From Eledone cirrhosa (taxonomy: Eukaryota), in NCBI GenBank assembly GCA_964016885.1, contig OZ024742.1:165974001-166038000 (forward strand): DNA of 64,000 bases, read 5' to 3'. Of the stretch, positions 39,100 to 52,299 are shown piece after piece (positions within the stretch are counted from its first letter, which is position 1; each line of letters starts with the position of its first letter). The position numbers and the translations under genes are program-made. The notes under the pieces are model-generated. The model worked only from the letters and a program-made list of their open reading frames with translations. It ran no database searches and was not told where the DNA came from.

Positions 39100-42000
39100 G
39101 GGAGATAATTTGTAAAAAAAATCAAGGGGAGATAATTTCCAGCCGTCCAAGGGGAGGTAATATCTAGCCGTCCAAGGGGAGATAATTTCCAGCCGTCCAA
39201 GAGGAGATAATTTCCAGCCGTCCAAGGGTAGATAATATCCAGCCGTCCAAGGATACATATTTTCCAGCCGTCCAAGGAGAGGTAATTTCTAGCCGTCCAA
39301 GGGGAGATAAATTCCAGCCTCCAAGGGGAGATAATTTCCAGCCAGCCAAGGGGAGATAATTTGTAAAAAAAATCAGGGGGAGATAATTTGTAAAAAAAAT
39401 CAGGGGGAGATAATTTGTAAAAAAAAATCAGGGGGAGATAATTTGTAAAAAAAATCAGGGGGAGATAATTTGTAAAAAAAAATCAAGGGGAGATAATTTC
39501 CAGCCGTCCAAGGGGAGATAATTTTCAGCCGCCCAAGGGGAGATAATTTCCCGCCAGCCAAAAGAAGATAATATTTAAAAAATCAGGCGGATATAATTTG
39601 TAAAAAAAATCAGGGGGAGATAATTTGTAAAAAAATCAGGGGGAGATAATTTGTAAAAAAAAAATCAGGGGGAGATAATTTGTAAAAGAAATCAGGGGGA
39701 GATGATTTGTAAAAAAAAATCAGGGGTAGATAATTTGTAAAAAAAAATCAGGGGGAGATAATTTGTAAAAAAAAATCAGGGGGAGATAATTTGTAAAAAA
39801 AATCAAGGGGAGATAATTTCCAGCCGTCGAAGGGAAGATAATTTCCAGCCCTCCAAAGGGCTATAATTTCCAGCGTCCAAGGGGAGATAATTTCCAGCCG
39901 TCCAAGGGGAGATAATTTCCAGCCGTCCAAGGGTAGATAATATCCAGCCGTCCAAGTAGACATTTTCCAGCCGTCCAAGGAGAGGTAATTTCTAGCCGTC
40001 CAAGGGGAGATAAATTCCAGCCTCCAAGGGGAGATAATTTCCAGCCAGCCAAGGGGAGATAATTTGTAAAAAAATCAGGGGGAGATAATTTGTAAAAAAA
40101 ATCAGGGGGAGATAATTTGTAAAAAAAAATCAGGAGGAGATAATTTGTAAAAAAAAATCAGGGGGAGATAATTTGTAAAAAATATCAGGGGGAGATAATT
40201 TGTAAAAAATCAAGGGGAGATAATTTCCAGCCGTCCAAGGGGAGATAATTTTCAGCCGTCCAAGGGGAGATAATTTCCAGCCGTCCAAGGGGAGATAATT
40301 TCCATCCTTCCAAGGGGAGATAATTTCCAGCCGTCCAAGGGGAGATAATTTTCAGCCGTCCAAGGGGAGATAATTTCCCGCCAGCCAAGGGAAGATAATA
40401 TTTTAAAAAATCAGGCGGAGATAATTTGTAAAAAAAATCAGGGGGAGATAATTTGTAAAAAAATCAGGGGGAGATAATTTGTAAAAAAAAATCAGGGGGA
40501 GATAATTTGTAAAAAAAATCAGGGGTAGATAATTTGTAAAAAAAATCAGGGGTAGATAATTTGTAAAAAAAAATCAGGGGGAGATAATTTGTAAAAAAAA
40601 AATCAGGGGGAGATAATTTGTAAAAAAAATCAAGGGGAGATAATTTCCAGCCGTCCAAGGAGAGATAATTTTTTAAAAAAATCAGGCGGAGATAATTTGT
40701 AAAAAAAATCAAGGGGAGATAATTTGTAAAAAAAAATCAGGGGGAGATAATTTGTAAAAAAAATCAAGGGGAGATAATTTCCAGCCGTCCAAGGGAAGAT
40801 AATTTCCAGCACTCCAAGGGGCTATAATTTCCAGTGTCCAAGGGGAGATAATTTCCAGCCAGCGAAGGGGAGATAATTTTTTTAAAAAAATCAGGGGGAG
40901 ATATGTAAAAAAAATCAGAGGGAGATAATTTCTAAAAAAAATCAAAGGGAGATAATTTCCAGCCGTCCAAAGAGAGATAATTTCTAGCCGTCCAAGGGGA
41001 GATAATTTCCAGCCAAGGGGAGATAATTTCCAGCCGTCCAAGGGGAGATAATTATTTAAAAAATCAGGTGGAGATAATTTGTAAAAAAAATCAGGGGGAG
41101 ATAATTTGTAAAAACAAAATCAAGGGCAGATAATTTCCAGCTGTCCAAGGGGAGATAATTTCCAGCCGTGCAAGGGGAGATAATTTCCAGCCGTCCAAGG
41201 GGAGATAATTTCCATCCTTCCAAGGGGAGATAATGTCCAGCCGTCCAAGGGGAGATAATTTCCCGCCATCCAAGGGAAGATAATTTTTAAAAAAATCAGG
41301 CGGAGATTGTAAAAAAAATCAGGGGGAGATAATTTGTAAAAAAATCAGGGGGAGATAATTTGTAAAAAAAAATCAGGGGGAGATAATTTGTAAAAAAAAA
41401 ATCAGGGGGAGATAATTTGTAAAAAAAATCAGGGGTAGATAATTTGTAAAAAAAAATCAGGGGGAGATAATTTGTAAAAAAAAATCAGGGGGAGATAATT
41501 TGTAAAAAAATCAAGGGGAGATAATATGCAGCCGTCCAAGGGGAGATAATTTTCAGCCGTCCAAGGAGAGGTAATTTCTAGCCGTCCAAGGGGAGATAAT
41601 TTCCAGCCGTCCAAGGGGAGATAGTTTTTTTAAAAAAATCAGGCGGAGATAATTTATAAAAAAAAAATCAGGGGGAGATAATTTGTAAAAAAAAATCAGG
41701 GGGAGATAATTTGTAAAAAAAAATCAGGGGGAGATAATTTGTAAAAAAAATCAGGGGGAGATAATTAGTAAAAAAAATCAAGGGGAGATAATTTCCAGCC
41801 GTCCAAGGGGAGGTAATATCTAGCCGTCCACGGGGAGATAATTTCCAGCCGTCCAAGGGGAGATAATTTCCAGCCGTCCAAGGGTAGATAATATCCAGCC
41901 GTCCAAGTAGACATATTTTCCAGCCGTCCAAGGAGAGGTAATTTCTAGCCGTCCAAGGGGAGATAAATTCCAGCCTCCAAGGGGAGATAATTTCCAGCCA

Positions 42001-45000
42001 GCCAAGGGGAGATAATTTGTAAAAAAATCAGGGGGAGATAATTTGTAAAAAGAATCAGGGGGAGATAATTTGTAAAAAAAAATCAGGGGGAGATAATTTG
42101 TAAAAAAAAATCAGGGGGAGATAATTTGTAAAAAAAATCAGGGGGAGATAATTTGTAAAAAAAAATCAGGGGGAGATAATTTGTAAAAAAAAATCAGGGG
42201 GAGATAATTTGTAAAAAAAAATCAGGGGGAGATAATTTGTAAAAAAAATCAAGGGGAGATAATTTCCAGCCGTCCAAGGGGAGATAATTTCCAGCCGTCC
42301 AAGGGGAGGTAATATCTAGCCGTCCAAGGGGAGATAATTTCCAGCCGTCCAAGAGGAGATAATTTCCAGCCGTCCAAGGGTAGATAATATCCAGCCGTCC
42401 AAGGAGACATATTTTCCAGCCGTCCAAGGAGAGGTAATTTCTAGCCGTCCAAGGGGAGATAAATTCCAGCCTCCAAGGGGAGATAATTTCCAGCCAGCCA
42501 AGGGGAGATAATTTGTAAAAAAAATCAGGGGGAGATAATTTGTAAAAAAAATCAGGGGGAGATAATTTGTAAAAAAAAATCAGGGGGAGATAATTTGTAA
42601 AAAAAATCAGGGGGAGATAATTTGTAAAAAAAAATCAAGGGGAGATAATTTCCAGCCGTCCAAGGGGAGATAATTTTCAGCCGCCCAAGGGGAGATAATT
42701 TCCCGCCAGCCAAAAGAAGATAATATTTAAAAAATCAGGCGGAGATAATTTGTAAAATAAATCAGGGGGAGATAATTTGTAAAAAAATCAGGGGGAGATA
42801 ATTTGTAAAAAAAAATCAGGGGGAGATAATTTGTAAAAAAAAAATCAGGGGGAGATAATTTGTAAAAAAAATCAGGGGTAGATAATTTGTAAAAAAAAAT
42901 CAGGGGGAGATAATTTGTAAAAAAAAATCAGGGGGAGATAATTTGTAAAAAAATCAAGGGGAGATAATATGCAGCCGTCCAAGGGGAGATAATTTTCAGC
43001 CGTCCAAGGAGAGGTAATTTCTAGCCGTCCAAGGGGAGATAATTTCCAGCCGTCCAAGGGGAGATAGTTTTTTTAAAAAAATCAGGCGGAGATAATTTAT
43101 AAAAAAAAAATCAGGGGGAGATAATTTGTAAAAAAAAATCAGGGGGAGATAATTTGTAAAAAAAAATCAGGGGGAGATAATTTGTAAAAAAAATCAGGGG
43201 GAGATAATTAGTAAAAAAAATCAAGGGGAGATAATTTCCAGCCGTCCAAGGGGAGGTAATATCTAGCCGTCCACGGGGAGATAATTTCCAGCCGTCCAAG
43301 GGGAGATAATTTCCAGCCGTCCAAGGGTAGATAATATCCAGCCGTCCAAGTAGACATATTTTCCAGCCGTCCAAGGAGAGGTAATTTCTAGCCGTCCAAG
43401 GGGAGATAAATTCCAGCCTCCAAGGGGAGATAATTTCCAGCCAGCCAAGGGGAGATAATTTGTAAAAAAATCAGGGGGAGATAATTTGTAAAAAGAATCA
43501 GGGGGAGATAATTTGTAAAAAAAAATCAGGGGGAGATAATTTGTAAAAAAAAATCAGGGGGAGATAATTTGTAAAAAAAATCAGGGGGAGATAATTTGTA
43601 AAAAAAAATCAGGGGGAGATAATTTGTAAAAAAAAATCAGGGGGAGATAATTTGTAAAAAAAAATCAGGGGGAGATAATTTGTAAAAAAAATCAAGGGGA
43701 GATAATTTCCAGCCGTCCAAGGGGAGATAATTTCCAGCCGTCCAAGGGGAGGTAATATCTAGCCGTCCAAGGGGAGATAATTTCCAGCCGTCCAAGAGGA
43801 GATAATTTCCAGCCGTCCAAGGGTAGATAATATCCAGCCGTCCAAGGAGACATATTTTCCAGCCGTCCAAGGAGAGGTAATTTCTAGCCGTCCAAGGGGA
43901 GATAAATTCCAGCCTCCAAGGGGAGATAATTTCCAGCCAGCCAAGGGGAGATAATTTGTAAAAAAAATCAGGGGGAGATAATTTGTAAAAAAAATCAGGG
44001 GGAGATAATTTGTAAAAAAAAATCAGGGGGAGATAATTTGTAAAAAAAATCAGGGGGAGATAATTTGTAAAAAAAAATCAAGGGGAGATAATTTCCAGCC
44101 GTCCAAGGGGAGATAATTTTCAGCCGCCCAAGGGGAGATAATTTCCCGCCAGCCAAAAGAAGATAATATTTAAAAAATCAGGCGGAGATAATTTGTAAAA
44201 TAAATCAGGGGGAGATAATTTGTAAAAAAATCAGGGGGAGATAATTTGTAAAAAAAAAATCAGGGGGAGATAATTTGTAAAAAAAATCAGGGGGAGATGA
44301 TTTGTAAAAAAAAATCAGGGGTAGATAATTTGTAAAAAAAAATCAGGGGGAGATAATTTGTAAAAAAAAATCAGGGGGAGATAATTTGTAAAAAAAATCA
44401 AGGGGAGATAATTTCCAGCCGTCGAAGGGAAGATAATTTCCAGCCCTCCAAGGGGCTATAATTTCCAGCGTCCAAGGGGAGATAATTTCCAGCCGTCCAA
44501 GGGGAGATAATTTCCAGCCGTCCAAGGGTAGATAATATCCAGCCGTCCAAGTAGACATTTTCCAGCCGTCCAAGGAGAGGTAATTTCTAGCCGTCCAAGG
44601 GGAGATAAATTCCAGCCTCCAAGGGGAGATAATTTCCAGCCAGCCAAGGGGAGATAATTTGTAAAAAAATCAGGGGGAGATAATTTGTAAAAAAAATCAG
44701 GGGGAGATAATTTGTAAAAAAAAATCAGGGGGAGATAATTTGTAAAAAAAATCAGGAGGAGATAATTTGTAAAAAAAATCAGGGGGAGATAATTTGTAAA
44801 AAAATCAAGGGGAGATAATTTCCAGCCGTCCAAGGGGAGATAATTTTCAGCCGTCCAAGGGGAGATAATTTCCAGCCGTCCAAGGGGAGATAATTTCCAT
44901 CCTTCCAAGGGGAGATAATTTCCAGCCGTCCAAGGGGAGATAATTTTCAGCCGTCCAAGGGGAGATAATTTCCCGCCAGCCAAGGGAAGATAATATTTTA

Positions 45001-47500
45001 AAAAATCAGGCGGAGATAATTTGTAAAAAAAATCAGGGGGAGATAATTTGTAAAAAAATCAGGGGGAGATAATTTGTAAAAAAAAATCAGGGGGAGATAA
45101 TTTGTAAAAAAAATCAGGGGTAGATAATTTGTAAAAAAAATCAGGGGTAGATAATTTGTAAAAAAAAATCAGGGGGAGATAATTTGTAAAAAAAAAATCA
45201 GGGGGAGATAATTTGTAAAAAAAATCAAGGGGAGATAATTTCCAGCCGTCCAAGGAGAGATAATTTTTAAAAAAAATCAGGCGGAGATAATTTGTAAAAA
45301 AAATCAAGGGGAGATAATTTGTAAAAAAGAATCAGGGGGAGATAATTTGTAAAAAAAATCAAGGGGAGATAATTTCCAGCCGTCCAAGGGAAGATAATTT
45401 CCAGCACTCCAAGGGGCTATAATTTCCAGTGTCCAAGGGGAGATAATTTCCAGCCAGCGAAGGGGAGATAATTTTTTTTTAAAAATCAGGGGGAGATATG
45501 TAAAAAAAATCAGAGGGAGATAATTTCTAAAAAAAATCAAAGGGAGATAATTTCCAGCCGTCCAAAGAGAGATAATTTCTAGCCGTCCAAGGGGAGATAA
45601 TTTCCAGCCAAGGGGAGATAATTTCCAGCCGTCCAAGGGGAGATAATTATTTAAAAAATCAGGTGGAGATAATTTGTAAAAAAAATCAGGGGGAGATAAT
45701 TTGTAAAAACAAAATCAAGGGCAGATAATTTCCAGCTGTCCAAGGGGAGATAATTTCCAGCCGTGCAAGGGGAGATAATTTCCAGCCGTCCAAGGGGAGA
45801 TAATTTCCATCCTTCCAAGGGGAGATAATGTCCAGCCGTCCAAGGGGAGATAATTTCCCGCCATCCAAGGGAAGATAATTTTTAAAAAAATCAGGCGGAG
45901 ATTGTAAAAAAAATCAGGGGGAGATAATTTGTAAAAAAATCAGGGGGAGATAATTTGTAAAAAAAAATCAGGGGGAGATAATTTGTAAAAAAAAAATCAG
46001 GGGGAGATAATTTGTAAAAAAAATCAGGGGTAGATAATTTGTAAAAAAAAATCAGGGGTAGATAATTTGTAAAAAAAAATCAGGGGGAGATAATTTGTAA
46101 AAAAATCAAGGGGAGATAATATGCAGCCGTCCAAGGGGAGATAATTTTCAGCCGTCCAAGGAGAGGTAATTTCTAGCCGTCCAAGGGGAGATAATTTCCA
46201 GCCGTCCAAGGGGAGATAGTTTTTTTTAAAAAATCAGGCGGAGATAATTTATAAAAAAAAAACAGGGGGAGATAATTTGTAAAAAAAAATCAGGGGGAGA
46301 TAATTTGTAAAAAAAAATCAGGGGGAGATAATTTGTAAAAAAAATCAGGGGGAGATAATTAGTAAAAAAAATCAAGGGGAGATAATTTCCAGCCGTCCAA
46401 GGGGAGGTAATATCTAGCCGTCCACGGGGAGATAATTTCCAGCCGTCCAAGGGGAGATAATTTCCAGCCGTCCAAGGGTAGATAATATCCAGCCGTCCAA
46501 GTAGACATATTTTCCAGCCGTCCAAGGAGAGGTAATTTCTAGCCGTCCAAGGGGAGATAAATTCCAGCCTCCAAGGGGAGATAATTTCCAGCCAGCCAAG
46601 GGGAGATAATTTGTAAAAAAATCAGGGGGAGATAATTTGTAAAAAAAATCAGGGGGAGATAATTTGTAAAAAAAAATCAGGGGGAGATAATTTGTAAAAA
46701 AAAATCAGGGGGAGATAATTTGTAAAAAAAATCAGGGGGAGATAATTTGTAAAAAAAAATCAGGGGGAGATAATTTGTAAAAAAAAATCAGGGGGAGATA
46801 ATTTGTAAAAAAAAATCAGGGGGAGATAATTTGTAAAAAAAATCAAGGGGAGATAATTTCCAGCCGTCCAAGGGGAGATAATTTCCAGCCGTCCAAGGGG
46901 AGGTAATATCTAGCCGTCCAAGGGGAGATAATTTCCAGCCGTCCAAGAGGAGATAATTTCCAGCCGTCCAAGGGTAGATAATATCCAGCCGTCCAAGGAG
47001 ACATATTTTCCAGCCGTCCAAGGAGAGGTAATTTCTAGCCGTCCAAGGGGAGATAAATTCCAGCCTCCAAGGGGAGATAATTTCCAGCCAGCCAAGGGGA
47101 GATAATTTGTAAAAAAAATCAGGGGGAGATAATTTGTAAAAAAAATCAGGGGGAGATAATTTGTAAAAAAAAATCAGGGGGAGATAATTTGTAAAAAAAA
47201 TCAGGGGGAGATAATTTGTAAAAAAAAATCAAGGGGAGATAATTTCCAGCCGTCCCAGGGGAGATAATTTTCAGCCGCCCAAGGGGAGATAATTTCCCGC
47301 CAGCCAAGGGAAGATAATATTTAAAAAATCAGGCGGAGATAATTTGTAAAAAAAATCAGGGGGAGATAATTTGTAAAAAAAATCAGGGGGAGATAATTTG
47401 TAAAAAAAAAATCAGGGGGAGATAATTTGTAAAAAAAATCAGGGGGAGATGATTTGTAAAAAAAATCAGGGGTAGATAATTTGTAAAAAAAAATCAGGGG
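39100..47500 (+). repeat. Second domain of the ~3152-bp higher-order repeat, containing a 1443-bp internal duplication; boundaries approximate
   Basis: Offset 42872/46024 = 3152. Offsets 39748/44343 and 41091/45686 = 4595, which equals 3152 + 1443. Confidence 0.85.
41321..44206 (+). repeat. 1443-bp tandem duplication
   Basis: ORFs 41429/42872, 41668/43111 and 42194/43637 have offset 1443. The private markers GTAAAAAGAATC (~42045, ~43490) and GTAAAATAAATC (~42752, ~44195) are present in both copies. Confidence 0.9.
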
Positions 47501-50500
47501 GAGATAATTTGTAAAAAAAAATCAGGGGGAGATAATTTGTAAAAAAAATCAAGAGGAGATAATTTCCAGCCGTCGAAGGGAAGATAATTTCCAGCCCTCC
47601 AAGGGGCTATAATTTCCAGCGTCCAAGGGGAGATAATTTCCAGCCAGCGAAGGGGAGATAATTTTTTTTAAAAAATCATTGGGAGATTTGTAAAAAAAAT
47701 CAGGGGGAGATAATTTGTAAAAAAAATCAAGGGGAGATAATTTCCAGCCGTCCAAGGGGAGATAATTTCCAGCCGTCCAAGGGTAGATAATATCCAGCCG
47801 TCCAAGTAGACATTTTCCAGCCGTCCAAGGAGAGGTAATTTCTAGCCGTCCAAGGGGAGATAAATTCCAGCCTCCAAGGGGAGATAATTTCCAGCCAGCC
47901 AAGGGGAGATAATTTGTAAAAAAATCAGGGGGAGATAATTTGTAAAAAAAAATCAGGGGGAGATAATTTGTAAAAAAAAATCAGGGGGAGATAATTTGTA
48001 AAAAAAAATCAGGGGGAGATAATTTGTAAAAAAAAATCAGGGGGAGATAATTTGTAAAAAAAATCAAGGGGAGATAATTTCCAGCTGTCCAAGGGGAGAT
48101 AATTTTCAGCCGTCCAAGGGGAGATAATTTCCAGCCGTCCAAGGGGAGATAATTTCCATCCTTCCAAGGGGAGATAATTTGTAAAAAAAATCAGGGGGAG
48201 ATAATTTGTAAAAAAAATCAAGGGGAGATAATTTCCAGCCGTCCAAGGGGAGATAATTTTCAGCCGTCCAAGGGGAGATAATTTCCCGCCAGCCAAGGGA
48301 AGATAATATTTAAAAAAATCAGGCGGAGATAATTTGTAAAAAAAATCAGGGGGAGATAATTTGTAAAAAAATCAGGGGGAGATAATTTGTAAAAAAAAAA
48401 TCAGGGGGAGATAATTTGTAAAAAAAATCAGGGCTAGATAATTTGTAAAAAAAAATCAGGGGTAGATAATTTGTAAAAGAAAATCAGGGGGAGATAATTT
48501 GTAAAAAAAAATCAGGGGGAGATAATTTGTAAAAAAAATCAAGGGGAGATAATTTCCAGCCGTCCAAGGAGAGATAATTTAAAAAAAAATCAGGCGGAGA
48601 TAATTTGTAAAAAAAAATCAAGGGGAGATAATTTGTAAAAAAAAATCAGGGGGAGATAATTTGTAAAAAAAATCAAGGGGAGATAATTTCCAGCCGTCCA
48701 AGGGAAGATAATTTCCAGCACTCCAAGGGGCTATAATTTCCAGTGTCCAAGGGGAGATAATTTCCAGCCAGCGAAGGGGAGATAATTTTTTTAAAAAAAT
48801 CAGGGGGAGATATGTAAAAAAAATCAGAGGGAGATAATTTCTAAAAAAAATCAAAGGGAGATAATTTCCAGCCGTCCAAAGAGAGATAATTTCTAGCCGT
48901 CCAAGGGGAGATAATTTCCAGCCAAGGGGAGATAATTTCCAGCCGTCCAAGGGGAGATAATTTTTTAAAAAATCAGGTGGAGATAATTTGTAAAAAAAAT
49001 CAGGGGGAGATAATTTGTAAAAACAAAATCAAGGGCAGATAATTTCCAGCTGTCCAAGGGGAGATAATTTCCAGCCGTGCAAGGGGAGATAATTTCCAGC
49101 CGTCCAAGGGGAGATAATTTCCATCCTTCCAAGGGGAGATAATCTCCAGCCGTCCAAGGGGAGATAATTTCCCGCCAGCCAAGGGAAGATAATTTTTAAA
49201 AAAATCAGGCGGAGATTGTAAAAAAAATCAGGGGGAGATAATTTGTAAAAAAATCAGGGGGAGATAATTTGTAAAAAAAAAATCAGGGGAGATAATTTGT
49301 AAAAAAAAATCAGGGGGAGATAATTTGTAAAAAAAAAATCAGGGGGAGATAATTTGTAAAAAAAATCAGGGGTAGATAATTTGTAAAAAATAATCAGGGG
49401 GAGATAATTTGTAAAAAAAAATCAGGGGGAGATAATTTGTAAAAAAATCAAGGGGAGATAATATGCAGCCGTCCAAGGGGAGATAATTTTCAGCCGTCCA
49501 AGGAGAGGTAATTTCTAGCCGTCCAAGGGGAGATAATTTCCAGCCGTCCAAGGGGAGATAATTTCCAGCCGTCCAATGGGAGATAGTTTTTTAAAAAAAA
49601 TCAGGCGGAGATAATTTGTAAAAAAAAAATCAGGGGGAGATAATTTGTAAAAAAAAATCAGGGGTAGATAATTTGTAAAAAAAATCAGGGGGAGATAATT
49701 TGTAAAAAAAATCAGGGGGAGATAATTAGTAAAAAAAATCAAGGGGAGATAATTTCCAGCCGTCCAAGGGGAGGTAATATCTAGCCGTCCAAGGGGAGAT
49801 AATTTCCAGCCGTCCAAGGGGAGATAATTTCCAGACGTCCAAGGGTAGATAATATCCAGCCGTCCAAGTAGACATATTTTCCAGCCGTCCAAGGAGAGGT
49901 AATTTCTAGCCGTCCAAGGGGAGATAAATTCCAGCCTCCAAGGGGAGATAATTTCCAGCCAGCCAAGGGGAGATAATTTGTAAAAAAATCAGGGGGATAT
50001 AATTTGTAAAAAAAATCAGGGGGAGATAATTTGTAAAAAAAATTCAGGGGGAGATAATTTGTAAAAAAAAATCAGGGGGAGATAATTTGTAAAAAAAATC
50101 AGGGGGAGATAATTTGTAAAAAAAAATCAGGGGGAGATAATTTGTAAAAAAAATCAGGGGGAGATAATTTGTAAAAAAAAATCAGGGGGAGATAATTTGT
50201 AAAAAAAATCAAGGGGAGATAATTTCCAGCTGTCCAAGGGGAGATAATTTTCAGCCGTCCAAGGGGAGATAATTTCCCGCCAGCCAAGGGAAGATAATAT
50301 TTAAAAAAATCAGGCGGAGATAATTTGTAAAAAAAATCAGGGGGAGATAATTTGTAAAAAAATCAGGGGGAGATAATTTGTAAAAAAAAAATCAGGGGGA
50401 GATAATTTGTAAAAAAAATCAGGGGGAGATAATTTGTAAAAAAAAATCAGGGGTAGATAATTTGTAAAAAAAAATCAGGGGGAGATAATTTGTAAAAAAA

Positions 50501-52299
50501 AATCAGGGGGAGATAATTTGTAAAAAAAATCAATTGGAGATAATTTCCAGCCGTCCAAGGAGAGATAATTTTAAAAAAAAATCAGGCGAAGATAATTTGT
50601 AAAAAAAAATCAGGGGGAGATAATTTGTAAAAAAAAATCAGGGGGAGATAATTTGTAAAAAAAATCAAGGGGAGATAATTTCCAGCCGTCTAAGGGGAGA
50701 ATTTTCAGCCGTCCAAGGAGAGGTAATTTCTAGCCGTCCAAGGGGAGATAATTTCCAGCCGTCCAAGGGGAGATAATTAAAAAAAAAATCAGGCGGAGAT
50801 AATTTGTAAAAAAATCAAGGGGAGATAATTTGCAGCCGTCCAAGGGGAGATAATTTTCAATCGTCCAAGGAGAGGTAATTTTTAGCCGTCCAAGGGGAGA
50901 TAATTTCCAGCCGTCCAAGGGGAGATAATTTCCAGCCGTCCAAGGGGAGATAATTTTTTTAAAAAATCAGGCGGAGATAATTTGTAAAAAAAATCAGGGG
51001 GAGATAATTTGTAAAAAAAAATCAGGGGGAGATAATTTGTAAAAAAAAATCAGGCGGAGATAATTTGTAAAAAAAATCAAGGAGAGATAATTTCCAGCCG
51101 TCCAAGGGAAGATAATTTCAAGCCCTCCAAGGGGCTATAATTTCCAGTGTCCAAGGGGAGATAATTTCCAGCCAGCGAAGGGGAGATAATTTTTTTTTAA
51201 AAATCAGGGAGATTTGTAAAAAAAATCAGGGGGAGATAATTTGTAAAAAAATCAAAGGGAGATAATTTCCAGCCGTCCAAAGAGAGATAATTTCTAGCCG
51301 TCCAAGGCGAGATAATTTCGAGCAAGGGGAGATAATTTCCAGCCGTCCAAGGGGAGATATTTTTTTAAAAAATCAGGTGGAGATAATTTGTAAAAAAAAT
51401 CAGGGGGAGATAATTTGTAAAAACAAAATCAAGGGCAGATAATTTCCAGCTGTCCAAGGGGAGATAATTTCCAGCCGTGCAAGGGGAGATAATTTCCAGC
51501 CGTCCAAGGGGAGATAATTTCCATCCTTCCAGGGGGAGATAATTTCCAGCCGTCCAAGGGGAGATAATTTCCCACCAGCCAAGGGAAGATAATTTGTAAA
51601 AAAATCAGGGGGAGATAATTTGTAAAAAAAATCAAGGGGAGATTATTTCCAGCCGTCTAAGGGGAGGTAATATCTAGCCGTCCAAGGGGAGATAATTTCC
51701 AGCCATCCAAGGGGAGATAATTTCCAGCCGTCCAAGGGTAGATAATATCCAGCCGTCCAAGGAGACATATTTTCCAGCCGTCCAAGGAGAGGTAATTTCT
51801 AGCCGTCCAAGGGGAGATAAATTCCAGCCTCCAAGGGGAGATAATTTCCAGCCAGCCAAGGGGAGATAATTTGTAAAAAATCAGGGGGAGATAATTTGTA
51901 AAAAAAATCAGGGGGAGATAATTTGTAAAAAAAAATCAGGGGGAGATAATTTGTAAAAAAAATCAGGGGGAGATAATTTGTAAAAAAAATCAAGGGGAGA
52001 TAATTTCCAGCCGTCCAAGGGGAGATAATTTTCAGCCGTCCAAGGGGAGATAATTTCCCGCCAGCCAAGGGAAGATAATATTTAAAAAATCAGGCGGAGA
52101 TAATTTGTAAAAAAAATCAGGGGGAGATAATTTGTAAAAAAATCAGGGGGAGATAATTTGTAAAAAAAAATCAGGGGGAGATAATTTGTAAAAAAAATCA
52201 GGGGGAGATAATTTGTAAAAAAAAATCAGGGGTAGATAATTTGTAAAAAAAAATCAGGGGGAGATAATTTGTAAAAAAAATCAGGGGGAGATAATTTGT

